From an uncultured Gemmatimonadaceae bacterium (GTDB lineage Bacteria > Gemmatimonadota > Gemmatimonadetes > Gemmatimonadales > GWC2-71-9), in the NCBI GenBank assembly GCA_964598655.1, contig CAZRCT010000009.1, positions 1,652-65,651 of the forward strand: DNA of 64,000 bases, read 5' to 3'. The translations under genes were made by a program, and so were the position numbers. Below the pieces are notes generated by a model. That model saw only the letters and a list, made by a program, of their open reading frames with translations. It was not told the DNA's origin and ran no database searches. Shown here in pieces: positions 44,050 through 54,595 of the stretch (within the stretch, counting starts at the first letter, position 1; every line of letters starts with the position of its first letter).

Positions 44050-45039
44050 ATGCTCAACTACATCTGGGCCGGGCTCATTGCGCTGAGCCTCCTCTTCGCG
44101 CTGGTCAACGACAGCCGAGACCTCCGCCAGGACACCTACCGCAACGGCGTCCCGCTCGGCGTCCGTGTGGCGTTCCCGAAGGGCTACGACCCGGCCGCCC
44201 TGCGCCAGCCGGTGACGGTGCGCGCGGACTCCGCCGCGCTCCACGCCCACTACGGCCGCCCCCTCGGCGCCAGTGCAAGCTGGAACGGCGAGCTGGTCCA
44301 GGCCGAGGCGGGCGCCGAGCTGCGGTTCGCGAGGGACGTGAACCTGCCGGAACCGCTGGCCACCGTGCGGAGCCTCACCAGCGAGCGGGACAACGACCTC
44401 CGTGGCCCCGCCACCCTCACCGCGGCGGCCGGCGACACCCTCGCCGCCGCCACGGTGACCTTCGCGCCCGTCCGCTTCACCAAGATGGTGGCCATCACCA
44501 AGGCCGCGATCGACTTCGCCAAGACCGCCGTGACGCTGGCGCTCGGCCTCGTGGGCGTCATCGCGCTCTGGCTCGGGATGCTCCGGATCGCGGAGAAGTC
44601 GGGGCTCATCAACGTCATCGTGCGGGTCGCGGAGCCGGTGCTCCGGCCCATCTTCCCCGAGATCCCGAAGGGCCATCCCGCCATGGGGATGATCGTCCTC
44701 AACCTCTCCGCCAACGTCCTCGGGCTCGGCAACGCGGCCACGCCCATGGGCATCAAGGCCATGGAGGAGCTGCAGAAGCTCAATCCCGCGAAGGACACCG
44801 CCACCAACTCCATGTGCATGCTGCTGGCCATCAACACGGCGAGCGTGCAGCTGGTGCCGCCGGTGCTGCTCGTGGCCATCATGGGCCTCGGCATCAACAA
44901 GCTCTTCGCGCCGATCGTCATCGTCACGGCGCTCTCGCTGGTGATCGGGATCGTCTCGGCGCGGCTGCTGGAGAAGGTGGGGCGCTACAAGGCCACGGAC
45001 CCGATGCGCGCGGGCGCGGCGCCGGGCGGGGAGGGCTGA
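44050..45039 (+). CDS. SpmA-like nucleoside-recognition (Gate) membrane protein with a large inserted loop
   Basis: Start chosen at ATG 44050 (MLNYIWAGLIALSLLF). Conserved HPAMGMIVLNLSANVLGLGNAATPMGIKAMEEL. About 120 extra residues follow TM1 relative to Bacillus SpmA as I recall it. Confidence 0.75.
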   Translation: MLNYIWAGLIALSLLFALVNDSRDLRQDTYRNGVPLGVRVAFPKGYDPAALRQPVTVRADSAALHAHYGRPLGASASWNGELVQAEAGAELRFARDVNLPEPLATVRSLTSERDNDLRGPATLTAAAGDTLAAATVTFAPVRFTKMVAITKAAIDFAKTAVTLALGLVGVIALWLGMLRIAEKSGLINVIVRVAEPVLRPIFPEIPKGHPAMGMIVLNLSANVLGLGNAATPMGIKAMEELQKLNPAKDTATNSMCMLLAINTASVQLVPPVLLVAIMGLGINKLFAPIVIVTALSLVIGIVSARLLEKVGRYKATDPMRAGAAPGGEG

Positions 45040-45042
45040 GCC

Positions 45043-45576
45043 ATGCGGAACTTCCTCGACCTGCTCTCGGTCTTCGTCATCCCCACCATCATCATCGGCT
45101 TCCCGCTCTACGGCCTGGCGCGGCGGGTACCGGTGTACGAGGAGTTCATCGCGGGCGCCCGCGAGGGGTTCCAGGTGGCGGTGAACATCATCCCCTACCT
45201 GGTGGCCATCCTCTTCGCCGTGGCGATGTTCCGCGCCTCCGGCGCGATGGAGTTCCTGGTGGAAGGCCTGCGGCCGCTGCTCGCCCCGCTCGGCGTGCCG
45301 CCGGAGGTGCTGCCCATGGTCCTCACCCGGCCGCTCACCGGCTCGGGCAGCGCCGGCATCATGCTGGACCTGATCAACACCTACGGCCCCGACTCCCTCA
45401 TCGTGAAGATCGCGGCCACGATGTTCGGCTCCACCGAGACCACCTTCTACGTCATCGCCGTTTACTTCGGCGCCATCAACGTCCGCAAGACCCGCCACGC
45501 CGTCGCCGCCGGCCTCATCGCCGACATCTCGGCCATGATCCTCGCGGTGGTCGTCGTGAAATGGATGTTCGCGTAG
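45043..45576 (+). CDS. SpmB-like nucleoside-recognition membrane protein
   Basis: Begins 3 nt after the spmA-like stop. Motifs: RPLTGSGSAGIMLDL and ETTFYVIAVYFGA. Confidence 0.8.
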   Translation: MRNFLDLLSVFVIPTIIIGFPLYGLARRVPVYEEFIAGAREGFQVAVNIIPYLVAILFAVAMFRASGAMEFLVEGLRPLLAPLGVPPEVLPMVLTRPLTGSGSAGIMLDLINTYGPDSLIVKIAATMFGSTETTFYVIAVYFGAINVRKTRHAVAAGLIADISAMILAVVVVKWMFA

Positions 45577-45598
45577 GCGCGAGGGGAGGCCACCCCGC

Positions 45599-46660
45599 CT
45601 AGCCGGTGACCGCGCACGTCTCGCAGCACCGCCCGAGCGCGGTGAAGCCGAGCAGCCGCACCCCGGGGCTCAGGAACCCCTCCTTCACCGGCTCGTCCTT
45701 CACGAGGTCGGTGGAGAGGTACTTCTTGTTGTCGTCGCAGAAGAAGGTCACCACCGTGGCGTCGCCGCCGAGGTCGTCCTGGACCTGGAGCGCGCCGAGG
45801 AAGTTGGCGCCGGCCGAGATGCCGACGGCCAGGCCGAGGGTGCGCGCCAGCTGCTGCGCCATCAGGATGGCGTCGCCGTCGTCGATGGCCACCACCTCGT
45901 CGAGGTAGGCCAGGTCCACGATCGGCGGGATGAACTCGTCCGAAATCCCCTGGATGCGGTGCTTCCCCACCTTGTGCCCGGTGGTGAGCGTGGGGCTGTT
46001 GGCGGGCTCGAGCGGGTGCAGCTTGATGGCGGGATCCCGCTCCCGGAGGTAGCGGCCGGCGCCCATGATGGTGCCGCCGGTGCCCACGCCCGCGATCAGC
46101 GCGTCGGCGCGGAGCCCCTCCCGCGCCAGCTGCGACCAGATCTCCGGCCCGGTGGTGGCGGCGTGCGCCGCGCAGTTGTCCTCGTTGCTGAACTGCCGCG
46201 GCAGGAAGGCGTGCCCCCGTTCCGCCGCCAGCGCCTCCGCCTGCCGGATGCTCCCCAGGAAGCCGCCCTCGGCGTGGCTCACCAGGTGGATGTCGGCGCC
46301 GTAGAAGCGGATCAGGTTCTTCCGCTCCTCGCTCATCCAGTCCGGCATGAAGATGGCCACCGGGTGCCCGAGCGCCCGGCCGATGGCCGAGAAGGCGATG
46401 CCGGTGTTGCCGCTGGTGGCCTCGATGATGAGGTCGCCGGGACGGAGCGCGCCGCGCTGCGCCGCCTCGCGCAGGATGTGGAGCGCCATCCGGTCCTTGA
46501 TGGAGCCCGTCAGGTTCAGGTGCTCCGCCTTGGCGTAGACCACCCGGGGCCGGCCGCGGTAGGTGCACTCGATCTTGAGGAGGGGCGTGTTGCCCACCAG
46601 GGCGCGGAGGCCCGCGAAGCGGCGGGCCAGGGCGGGGTCGAGCGCGGTGGGGGTGGTCAT
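45599..46660 (-). CDS. Cysteine synthase family PLP enzyme with Cys-rich C-terminal tail
   Basis: The track ORF reaches 47377, but homology starts at ATG 46660 ([18 protein letters not shown]). Motifs: [10 protein letters not shown] (PLP Lys), [18 protein letters not shown]. The tail reads ..[17 protein letters not shown]. Confidence 0.8.
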   Translation of the reverse strand: MTTPTALDPALARRFAGLRALVGNTPLLKIECTYRGRPRVVYAKAEHLNLTGSIKDRMALHILREAAQRGALRPGDLIIEATSGNTGIAFSAIGRALGHPVAIFMPDWMSEERKNLIRFYGADIHLVSHAEGGFLGSIRQAEALAAERGHAFLPRQFSNEDNCAAHAATTGPEIWSQLAREGLRADALIAGVGTGGTIMGAGRYLRERDPAIKLHPLEPANSPTLTTGHKVGKHRIQGISDEFIPPIVDLAYLDEVVAIDDGDAILMAQQLARTLGLAVGISAGANFLGALQVQDDLGGDATVVTFFCDDNKKYLSTDLVKDEPVKEGFLSPGVRLLGFTALGRCCETCAVTG

Positions 46661-46751
46661 GCGCGGGGGGCTCGGGACGGGCAACGGGCCGGGGGGCCCT
46701 GGCAGGCGCCCCCGGCCGTGAACGCGCGAGAATCTAACGCGCCGGCCGGCC

Positions 46752-47690
46752 CTACGCCTGCATGGCCCGGAGCCGCTCCCGGAGCTTCTCCACCAGCCAC
46801 GCGGGCTCCAGCACCCGGGCCTCCGGGCCGTACTGCAGCACGTGCCGGATGGCCCACTCGGGATCCGCCAGCGGGTACTCCACGGTGAGCGAGCCGTCCG
46901 CCTCCGGCTGGCGCCCCTCCCGCTCCGCGATCCACCGCGCCACCGTAGGGCTGAAGCGCACCCGGAGCCGGCCCGCCGCCTCGCCGCTGAAGAGGCGCCC
47001 GTTCTGGACCTGGTCCTCGAGCGAGAAGTCCTGTGGCTCCGCGAACGTCTCCGCCAGCGGCTCCGCCGCGTGGATGCGGTCCACCCGGAAGAACCGGAGG
47101 CCCTCCCCGCGCTCGCAGTGCGCCACCAGGTACCACATCCGCTCGGCGAAGACGAGGCCGTAGGGGCAGGCGGTACGCGCCTCCGGCGCGGCGTCGCCGC
47201 TGCCCTGGTAGGTGAGGCGCACCTTGTGACGGTCGTGGGCGGCCCGCCGCACGGTGGCCAGGATCGCGGGATCCACCGCCGCGCCGAGGGCGCCGCTCTC
47301 CAGCAGCTCGGGCTCGAGGCGCACCCGCACCTGCGCCAGCGCCTCGCGCACCCGGGTGATGGCGGCGCGCTCCTCATGCGGGCGCTCCCGTTCCAGCAGC
47401 GCCAGCCCCAGTTCCAGCGCGGCCACCTGCGGCAGCGTCACCCGCATGGGGCGCAGGAAGTACCGGGTGTTCACCGACACCTGCTCGTCGTCGATGGTGC
47501 AGCCGATCCGCTCCACCCACCCCGGCGGGTCCAGGTCCCGCTCCATGAGGAGCTTGAGGTCGGCCACCAGGGTGTCGCGGTCGGTGCCCACGCGCCCCGC
47601 CACCGCGTCCACCGGGTGCTCCTCCCCGTCGGCGAAGAGCGGGATGACGCTGAGCAGGCGGAGCAGCTGCGCCAGGGCCGTGTCAGGCAT
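46752..47690 (-). CDS. WYL-domain transcriptional regulator, PafC-like
   Basis: N-terminal HTH ([14 protein letters not shown]), WYL region ([38 protein letters not shown]) and a C-terminal extension domain. The start overlaps the upstream stop by 8 nt. Confidence 0.75.
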   Translation of the reverse strand: MPDTALAQLLRLLSVIPLFADGEEHPVDAVAGRVGTDRDTLVADLKLLMERDLDPPGWVERIGCTIDDEQVSVNTRYFLRPMRVTLPQVAALELGLALLERERPHEERAAITRVREALAQVRVRLEPELLESGALGAAVDPAILATVRRAAHDRHKVRLTYQGSGDAAPEARTACPYGLVFAERMWYLVAHCERGEGLRFFRVDRIHAAEPLAETFAEPQDFSLEDQVQNGRLFSGEAAGRLRVRFSPTVARWIAEREGRQPEADGSLTVEYPLADPEWAIRHVLQYGPEARVLEPAWLVEKLRERLRAMQA

Positions 47691-48774
47691 GCGGGGCCTC
47701 GTACCCGGCCAGCGTGGCCGCGAGCAGCTGCCGGTACGCCGCCACCAGCGCGGGCGGCTCCACCGGCACCACCGCGCCGCCGAAGGAGAGGAGGAAGCGC
47801 GCCAGCACCTCGGGCCGCCGCATCAGGAAGCGGCGGCGGTCGGGCGCGCCGGGGATGGGCTCCCCGAGCTGCCGCGCGGCGTGCGCGGGCCCGCTCGCGC
47901 CGCGGAACTCCACCACCGCGCCATCCCCGTCGCCGGGGCCGAGCTCCCACGCCTGCTTCGATTGCGCCCACTCGCGCAGCTTGAAGCCGTCGGGCCGCCG
48001 GAACGCCGCCGCCGGCGACCCGCGCTGCAGCACCTCCACCCCGCGCATCCGGCTCAGCCGGTAGTTCTTCACCTGCGCCTCGCCCGGCGCGGGACCCGCC
48101 AGGTACCAGTGGTGCCCCAGGAAGAAGAGCCCGTACGGCTCCACCTCCCGCGCGCGCGGCGCCCCGTCCTGCATGCCCTGATAGAGGAAGCGCACCCGCT
48201 TCCGCGTCCGGAGCGCCAGGTCCAGCTCCCGGAACAGCGCGTCCGGGATCCGGTCCGGCCCCGGCGCATGATGCACCGGCGGGGGCTCCACGCTGTCGAG
48301 CGGCAGGTCCAGCGTCAGCGTCCGCAGCGCGTCGCGCGCGTGCTCGGCCAGCAGCGGGTCGCCGAGCCTGGCGGCGCGGGTGGCCGCCTCCTTGATGAGG
48401 AGCAGGCCCTCCTGGTCGAACGCCACCTCCCCGAGGCCGCGATACCCCTCCTTCTCCACCTTGGACGGCGCCTGCCGCTGCCCGTCCACCACCAGCGTGA
48501 GGTAGGGGAGGTAGAAGTCGCCGCCCTTGAGGCTGTAGGTCTCCGTCTCGTCGTCGCAGGTGATCGGGATGCCCGCCACCTTGAGCTCCCGCTTGTCGCG
48601 CTCGAAGCGCTGGCGGATCGTGGCCTCGGTGACGCCCGGCTCCCCGTAGCCCGGGACCTCGAGCTTGAGCTCCTCGAAGCTGAGCCCGCGCCGGCGCGAG
48701 AGCAGGGCGAGCAGCAGGTCGAGCCAGCGGCGGAGTTTGGCGTCGGTCCGGGCGGTGGGCGGGGGCTCGGGCAT
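47683..48774 (-). CDS. WYL-domain transcriptional regulator, PafB-like
   Basis: Start chosen at ATG 48774 (MPEPPPTARTDAKLRRWLDLLLALL). HTH, then VRFLYQG..PYGLFFLGHHWYLAGP..YRLSRM and a C-terminal extension. Confidence 0.75.
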   Translation of the reverse strand: MPEPPPTARTDAKLRRWLDLLLALLSRRRGLSFEELKLEVPGYGEPGVTEATIRQRFERDKRELKVAGIPITCDDETETYSLKGGDFYLPYLTLVVDGQRQAPSKVEKEGYRGLGEVAFDQEGLLLIKEAATRAARLGDPLLAEHARDALRTLTLDLPLDSVEPPPVHHAPGPDRIPDALFRELDLALRTRKRVRFLYQGMQDGAPRAREVEPYGLFFLGHHWYLAGPAPGEAQVKNYRLSRMRGVEVLQRGSPAAAFRRPDGFKLREWAQSKQAWELGPGDGDGAVVEFRGASGPAHAARQLGEPIPGAPDRRRFLMRRPEVLARFLLSFGGAVVPVEPPALVAAYRQLLAATLAGYEAPHA

Positions 48775-48781
48775 GGGGGAG

Positions 48782-48803
48782 AAGATACGCCGGCCCGGTG
48801 ACA
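48782..48803 (-). promoter_or_regulatory. TGTCACCG-N8-TATCTT (RecA-NDp-like box) 7 nt upstream of the PafB-like ATG
   Basis: The minus strand reads ccgTGTCACCGggccggcgTATCTTctcccccATG. Confidence 0.5.
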
Positions 48804-48948
48804 CGGCCAGCGGCTGCGGCGCCCCCGCGCCGGGGAGCCGACGCGGGCCGGCGCGGCGCTGCAAGTCGTGACGCCGTCTGGCTTTCCCCCCGGCCCGCCC
48901 GTATGTTACCCGCGACTCACCGGCGGCTCACCTCCCAGTTCCCAGGCC

Positions 48949-51537
<2,589 letters not shown>

Positions 51538-51775
51538 CCCGTGGCGCGCCGGCCGCACCAGAGCCCCGGGGGGAGCGTCGATCCCACAGTCCCCCCGGCT
51601 CCACGGTGGGGCAATCCGCGACACCCCTTTGCCCGCCAACGGGTTAGCCCGGTATTCCCCGGGGTGAGAATTGGTGTATTCTTTGCACGTAATTTGTGCG
51701 GAACCTCACAGCATCCCGGGTCATTTCTGGCCCGTCGCAGGCCATCGCTCTCCCCCGGAGCCCAGGAGCCCCCTC

Positions 51776-54325
51776 ATGCGCCGTCTCGGCCTCGTCGTCC
51801 CGCTGCTGCTGCTGGCCGTCGGCTGCTCGACGGACCCCCGGCTGGCAACCCCGTCGGAGGTTCGCACCGCGCCCGAGGTGATGGGCATCCACGCCGCGGC
51901 CGCCACCGACGGCCAGCAGGCCGACAGCCTGGCCATCGAAGCCCTGATCCTGCAGCTGTACAACAACCTCAACAACGGCAACGGCCCGCTCAACGCGGCG
52001 CAGGTGCGCTGGCGCCAGATTGCGCAGCTCTACGTCAACTGCACCCTGGTCCCGCCGCAGTCCCCCTGTGACCAGGCCGGCGCGCAGGCCAACACCTACG
52101 TGCTGGCGCAGGACATCCTCGATCGCTACCACGCCGGCGGGCTCAACAACCTGGCCGGCTACAGCAGCGCCTCCGGCACCGGCACCGGCGCCGCCGTGAC
52201 CGACCTGCTCAACCTGCTGCTCCGCTACGTCGGGCTCGAGGACAACGTCTGCTCCTTCGGCTCGGGCGTGGACTGCAACGCCACCGTGTACCAGCCCGGC
52301 TCCCCGGCCACCGACCTGGTGGCGCCCTCGGGCCAGGCGGGCGTGCGGCTGCCGCCCGGCACCGGCACCGTCACGCGGCCCACCATCGTCTCGGTGAGCC
52401 GGGTGGTGGACCCGTCGGTGCGGCTCCACACCGAGCTCGACCAGTACCTGTTCCGCTACGAGCTCACCTCGTCCTCCGGCCAGGGCGCGGACCCCGATGA
52501 CCCGTTCCTCCAGGACGTCACGGTCGAGGTCTGCCTCGCGAGCGACAACAGCTATCCCGCGGGCGCGCTCGCCCGCCTGGCGCTGGCGCACGACGTGGCC
52601 GAGCCGGCGCCCTACGAGAACATCCAGGTCCTCCCCGGCGGCATCTCGTTCCTGAGCCAGTGCGGCACGGTGCCCGCCAGCACCACGCTCGGCGCGCGCC
52701 TCACCCGCGGCCTCACCGACGGCCTCGCCGCGCTGGTGCTGCCGCGGCCGCTCTACGCCGTGGCCGTGGGCACCGGCACCGTGGGCACCACCAAGAACCT
52801 GAGCCCCTTCGGCGCCGTGGACACCGTCGGCTTCATTGCCGCGAGCGCCACGCCCCCGGCCACCGCCCCCGAGGGCGGCACCGTGGCCGCGCCGGCGGTG
52901 CGCCTGGCCACCGCCGCCGAGCAGGGGAATCCCGCGGGGCCCGGCATGGCGGGGATCCCCGTGACCTTCACCATCACCGCCGGCACCGGGTGCTTCGCCG
53001 GCGCCGGCTGCCCCACCGCCTACACCACCAGCACCGACGCGCAGGGCTACGCCACCGCGCCGTCCTGGACCGTGGGCACCGGCAGCAACACCGTCACGGC
53101 CACCGCCGCGATCCCCTGCGCCGCGCCCGTGCCCGCCGGCTCCACGCCCAACTGCGGCCGCCTCCTGAACGCCAACGGCGGCAGCGCCGTCAGCTTCCAG
53201 GTGACGGGCCTGCCGCCGACGCAGGTGAACTTCAACGCCACCTCGCTCCAGCTCTTCACCGCCTTCGCGGGCGCCACCTACGCCCCGGGCACGCCCTTCA
53301 CCGTCACCGTGCTGGTCCAGACGGCCGACGGCCAGACCGTCCCCGGCTTCACCGGCCCCGTGACGCTCGCCATCAGCCCCGCCACCGGCGGGCTCGTGTG
53401 CCCCGCGGGCTGCACCGTGAACGCGGTGGGGGGCGTGGCCACCTTCACCGGCGTGTACATCACCTCCGCCGGCACGTTCCAGCTCTACGCCACCTCCCCG
53501 GGCCTCACCTCGGCGCCCAACGCGCCGACGGGCGGCTTCGCGGTAGTGCCGCCGGCCAGCTCGGCCAGCGCGATCGCGGCGGTGAACTGGGCCACCCCGA
53601 CGGCGCCGAGCGGGACGATCTACAGCGGGCTCCAGGGCCCCACCGCGCGTGTCACCGACCCGTACGGCAACGTGGTCCCCGGGGTGAGCGTCTTCTTCAC
53701 CGTGGCGAGCGGCACCGGCAGCGTCGGCACCACGCCGGTGACCACCAACAGCAACGGCCTGGCCACCACCAGCTGGACCATCGGGGACGGCACCAACGTC
53801 CTCACGGCCTACTTCGACGTGAGTGACGGCCTGCCCGAGGCCACCTTCACCGCCACCGGCACCAGCGCCTTCGCCACCCTGGTGGACTGCGCGCCGACCA
53901 ACGGCACCGGCGACGAGTTCAATCGCGGCTTCTACTTCACCAGAAACGGGATGAAGAAGCTGAAGACGGTGACCGTCTACCTGGCCTCGAACGACCCGGC
54001 CAACGTGCCGACCAACTACGCGGTGCGGCTCACGGTGCGGGCCGGCGCCTTCAACGGCGCCGTCGTCGGGCAGCAGACCGTCACCGCACGCCTCAACGGC
54101 CAGGCGAGCCAGAATCTCGGCACCAACTTCGACTTCGGCGGCGTCTCGCTGCCGGGCGGCACCAAGACGCTCGCCTTCCAGCTCGAGCTCATGACCAACC
54201 CGGACCGGGCCAAGGTGTTCTTCGCCCAGTCCACCTGCACCACGGTCACCGAGACGGTGGACTTCACCGCCCCGCTGAGCAGCGCGCTCCGCAAGGGCGT
54301 GGGCCTCAAGGTGACCGGCAACTGA
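51776..54325 (+). CDS. Large lipoprotein: unknown N-terminal domain, Ig-like (Big-type) repeats, unknown C-terminal domain
   Basis: ATG 51776 is preceded by AGGAG. Lipobox LLAVGCS. Repeated beta-sandwich-like units follow (GIPVTFTITAGTG..., GVSVFFTVASGTG...). The N-terminal ~330 aa are paralogous to the next gene. Confidence 0.7.
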   Translation: MRRLGLVVPLLLLAVGCSTDPRLATPSEVRTAPEVMGIHAAAATDGQQADSLAIEALILQLYNNLNNGNGPLNAAQVRWRQIAQLYVNCTLVPPQSPCDQAGAQANTYVLAQDILDRYHAGGLNNLAGYSSASGTGTGAAVTDLLNLLLRYVGLEDNVCSFGSGVDCNATVYQPGSPATDLVAPSGQAGVRLPPGTGTVTRPTIVSVSRVVDPSVRLHTELDQYLFRYELTSSSGQGADPDDPFLQDVTVEVCLASDNSYPAGALARLALAHDVAEPAPYENIQVLPGGISFLSQCGTVPASTTLGARLTRGLTDGLAALVLPRPLYAVAVGTGTVGTTKNLSPFGAVDTVGFIAASATPPATAPEGGTVAAPAVRLATAAEQGNPAGPGMAGIPVTFTITAGTGCFAGAGCPTAYTTSTDAQGYATAPSWTVGTGSNTVTATAAIPCAAPVPAGSTPNCGRLLNANGGSAVSFQVTGLPPTQVNFNATSLQLFTAFAGATYAPGTPFTVTVLVQTADGQTVPGFTGPVTLAISPATGGLVCPAGCTVNAVGGVATFTGVYITSAGTFQLYATSPGLTSAPNAPTGGFAVVPPASSASAIAAVNWATPTAPSGTIYSGLQGPTARVTDPYGNVVPGVSVFFTVASGTGSVGTTPVTTNSNGLATTSWTIGDGTNVLTAYFDVSDGLPEATFTATGTSAFATLVDCAPTNGTGDEFNRGFYFTRNGMKKLKTVTVYLASNDPANVPTNYAVRLTVRAGAFNGAVVGQQTVTARLNGQASQNLGTNFDFGGVSLPGGTKTLAFQLELMTNPDRAKVFFAQSTCTTVTETVDFTAPLSSALRKGVGLKVTGN

Positions 54326-54331
54326 GCGAAG

Positions 54332-54363
54332 GGCCCCCGGCTGGCAGGCGCCAGCCGGGGGCC
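54332..54363 (+). terminator. Hairpin after the large lipoprotein gene
   Basis: GGCCCCCGGCTGG-caggcg-CCAGCCGGGGGCC, a 13-bp stem 6 nt after the stop. No U-tract. Confidence 0.45.
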
Positions 54364-54595
54364 GGATGCGGCGGCTCGGCCCCAGCGGGTTGTGGCTCCG
54401 CCGCCGCACCCCGGAGATCCCGGAGGGAATCCGGGCGCGAATCCACCCCCTAAAGCATTGCCCACCAGCTACTTGCCAATTCAGGTCACGGCCCGGTAAC
54501 CCGGGCGGGGCGAGTCCGGATTGTGCAGTAATGCGTCCCCGTCCGCCCCGCCCACCCCGGCCGGGGCCGCTCCCGTCATCCCCCTGAGGGTCCCC

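Noticed and set aside
45599-47377. The 592-aa track ORF as a fusion of a cysteine synthase with an N-terminal domain.
   Set aside because: The extra 239 residues are Arg/Ala/Pro shadow sequence overlapping the PafC-like gene in another frame. Homology begins at ATG 46660.
46752-48774. The WYL pair as regulators of an adjacent phage-defence system (BrxR/CapW-style).
   Set aside because: The neighbouring genes are a cysteine synthase and a sensor kinase. No nuclease, methylase, ATPase or other defence-like genes lie within reach.
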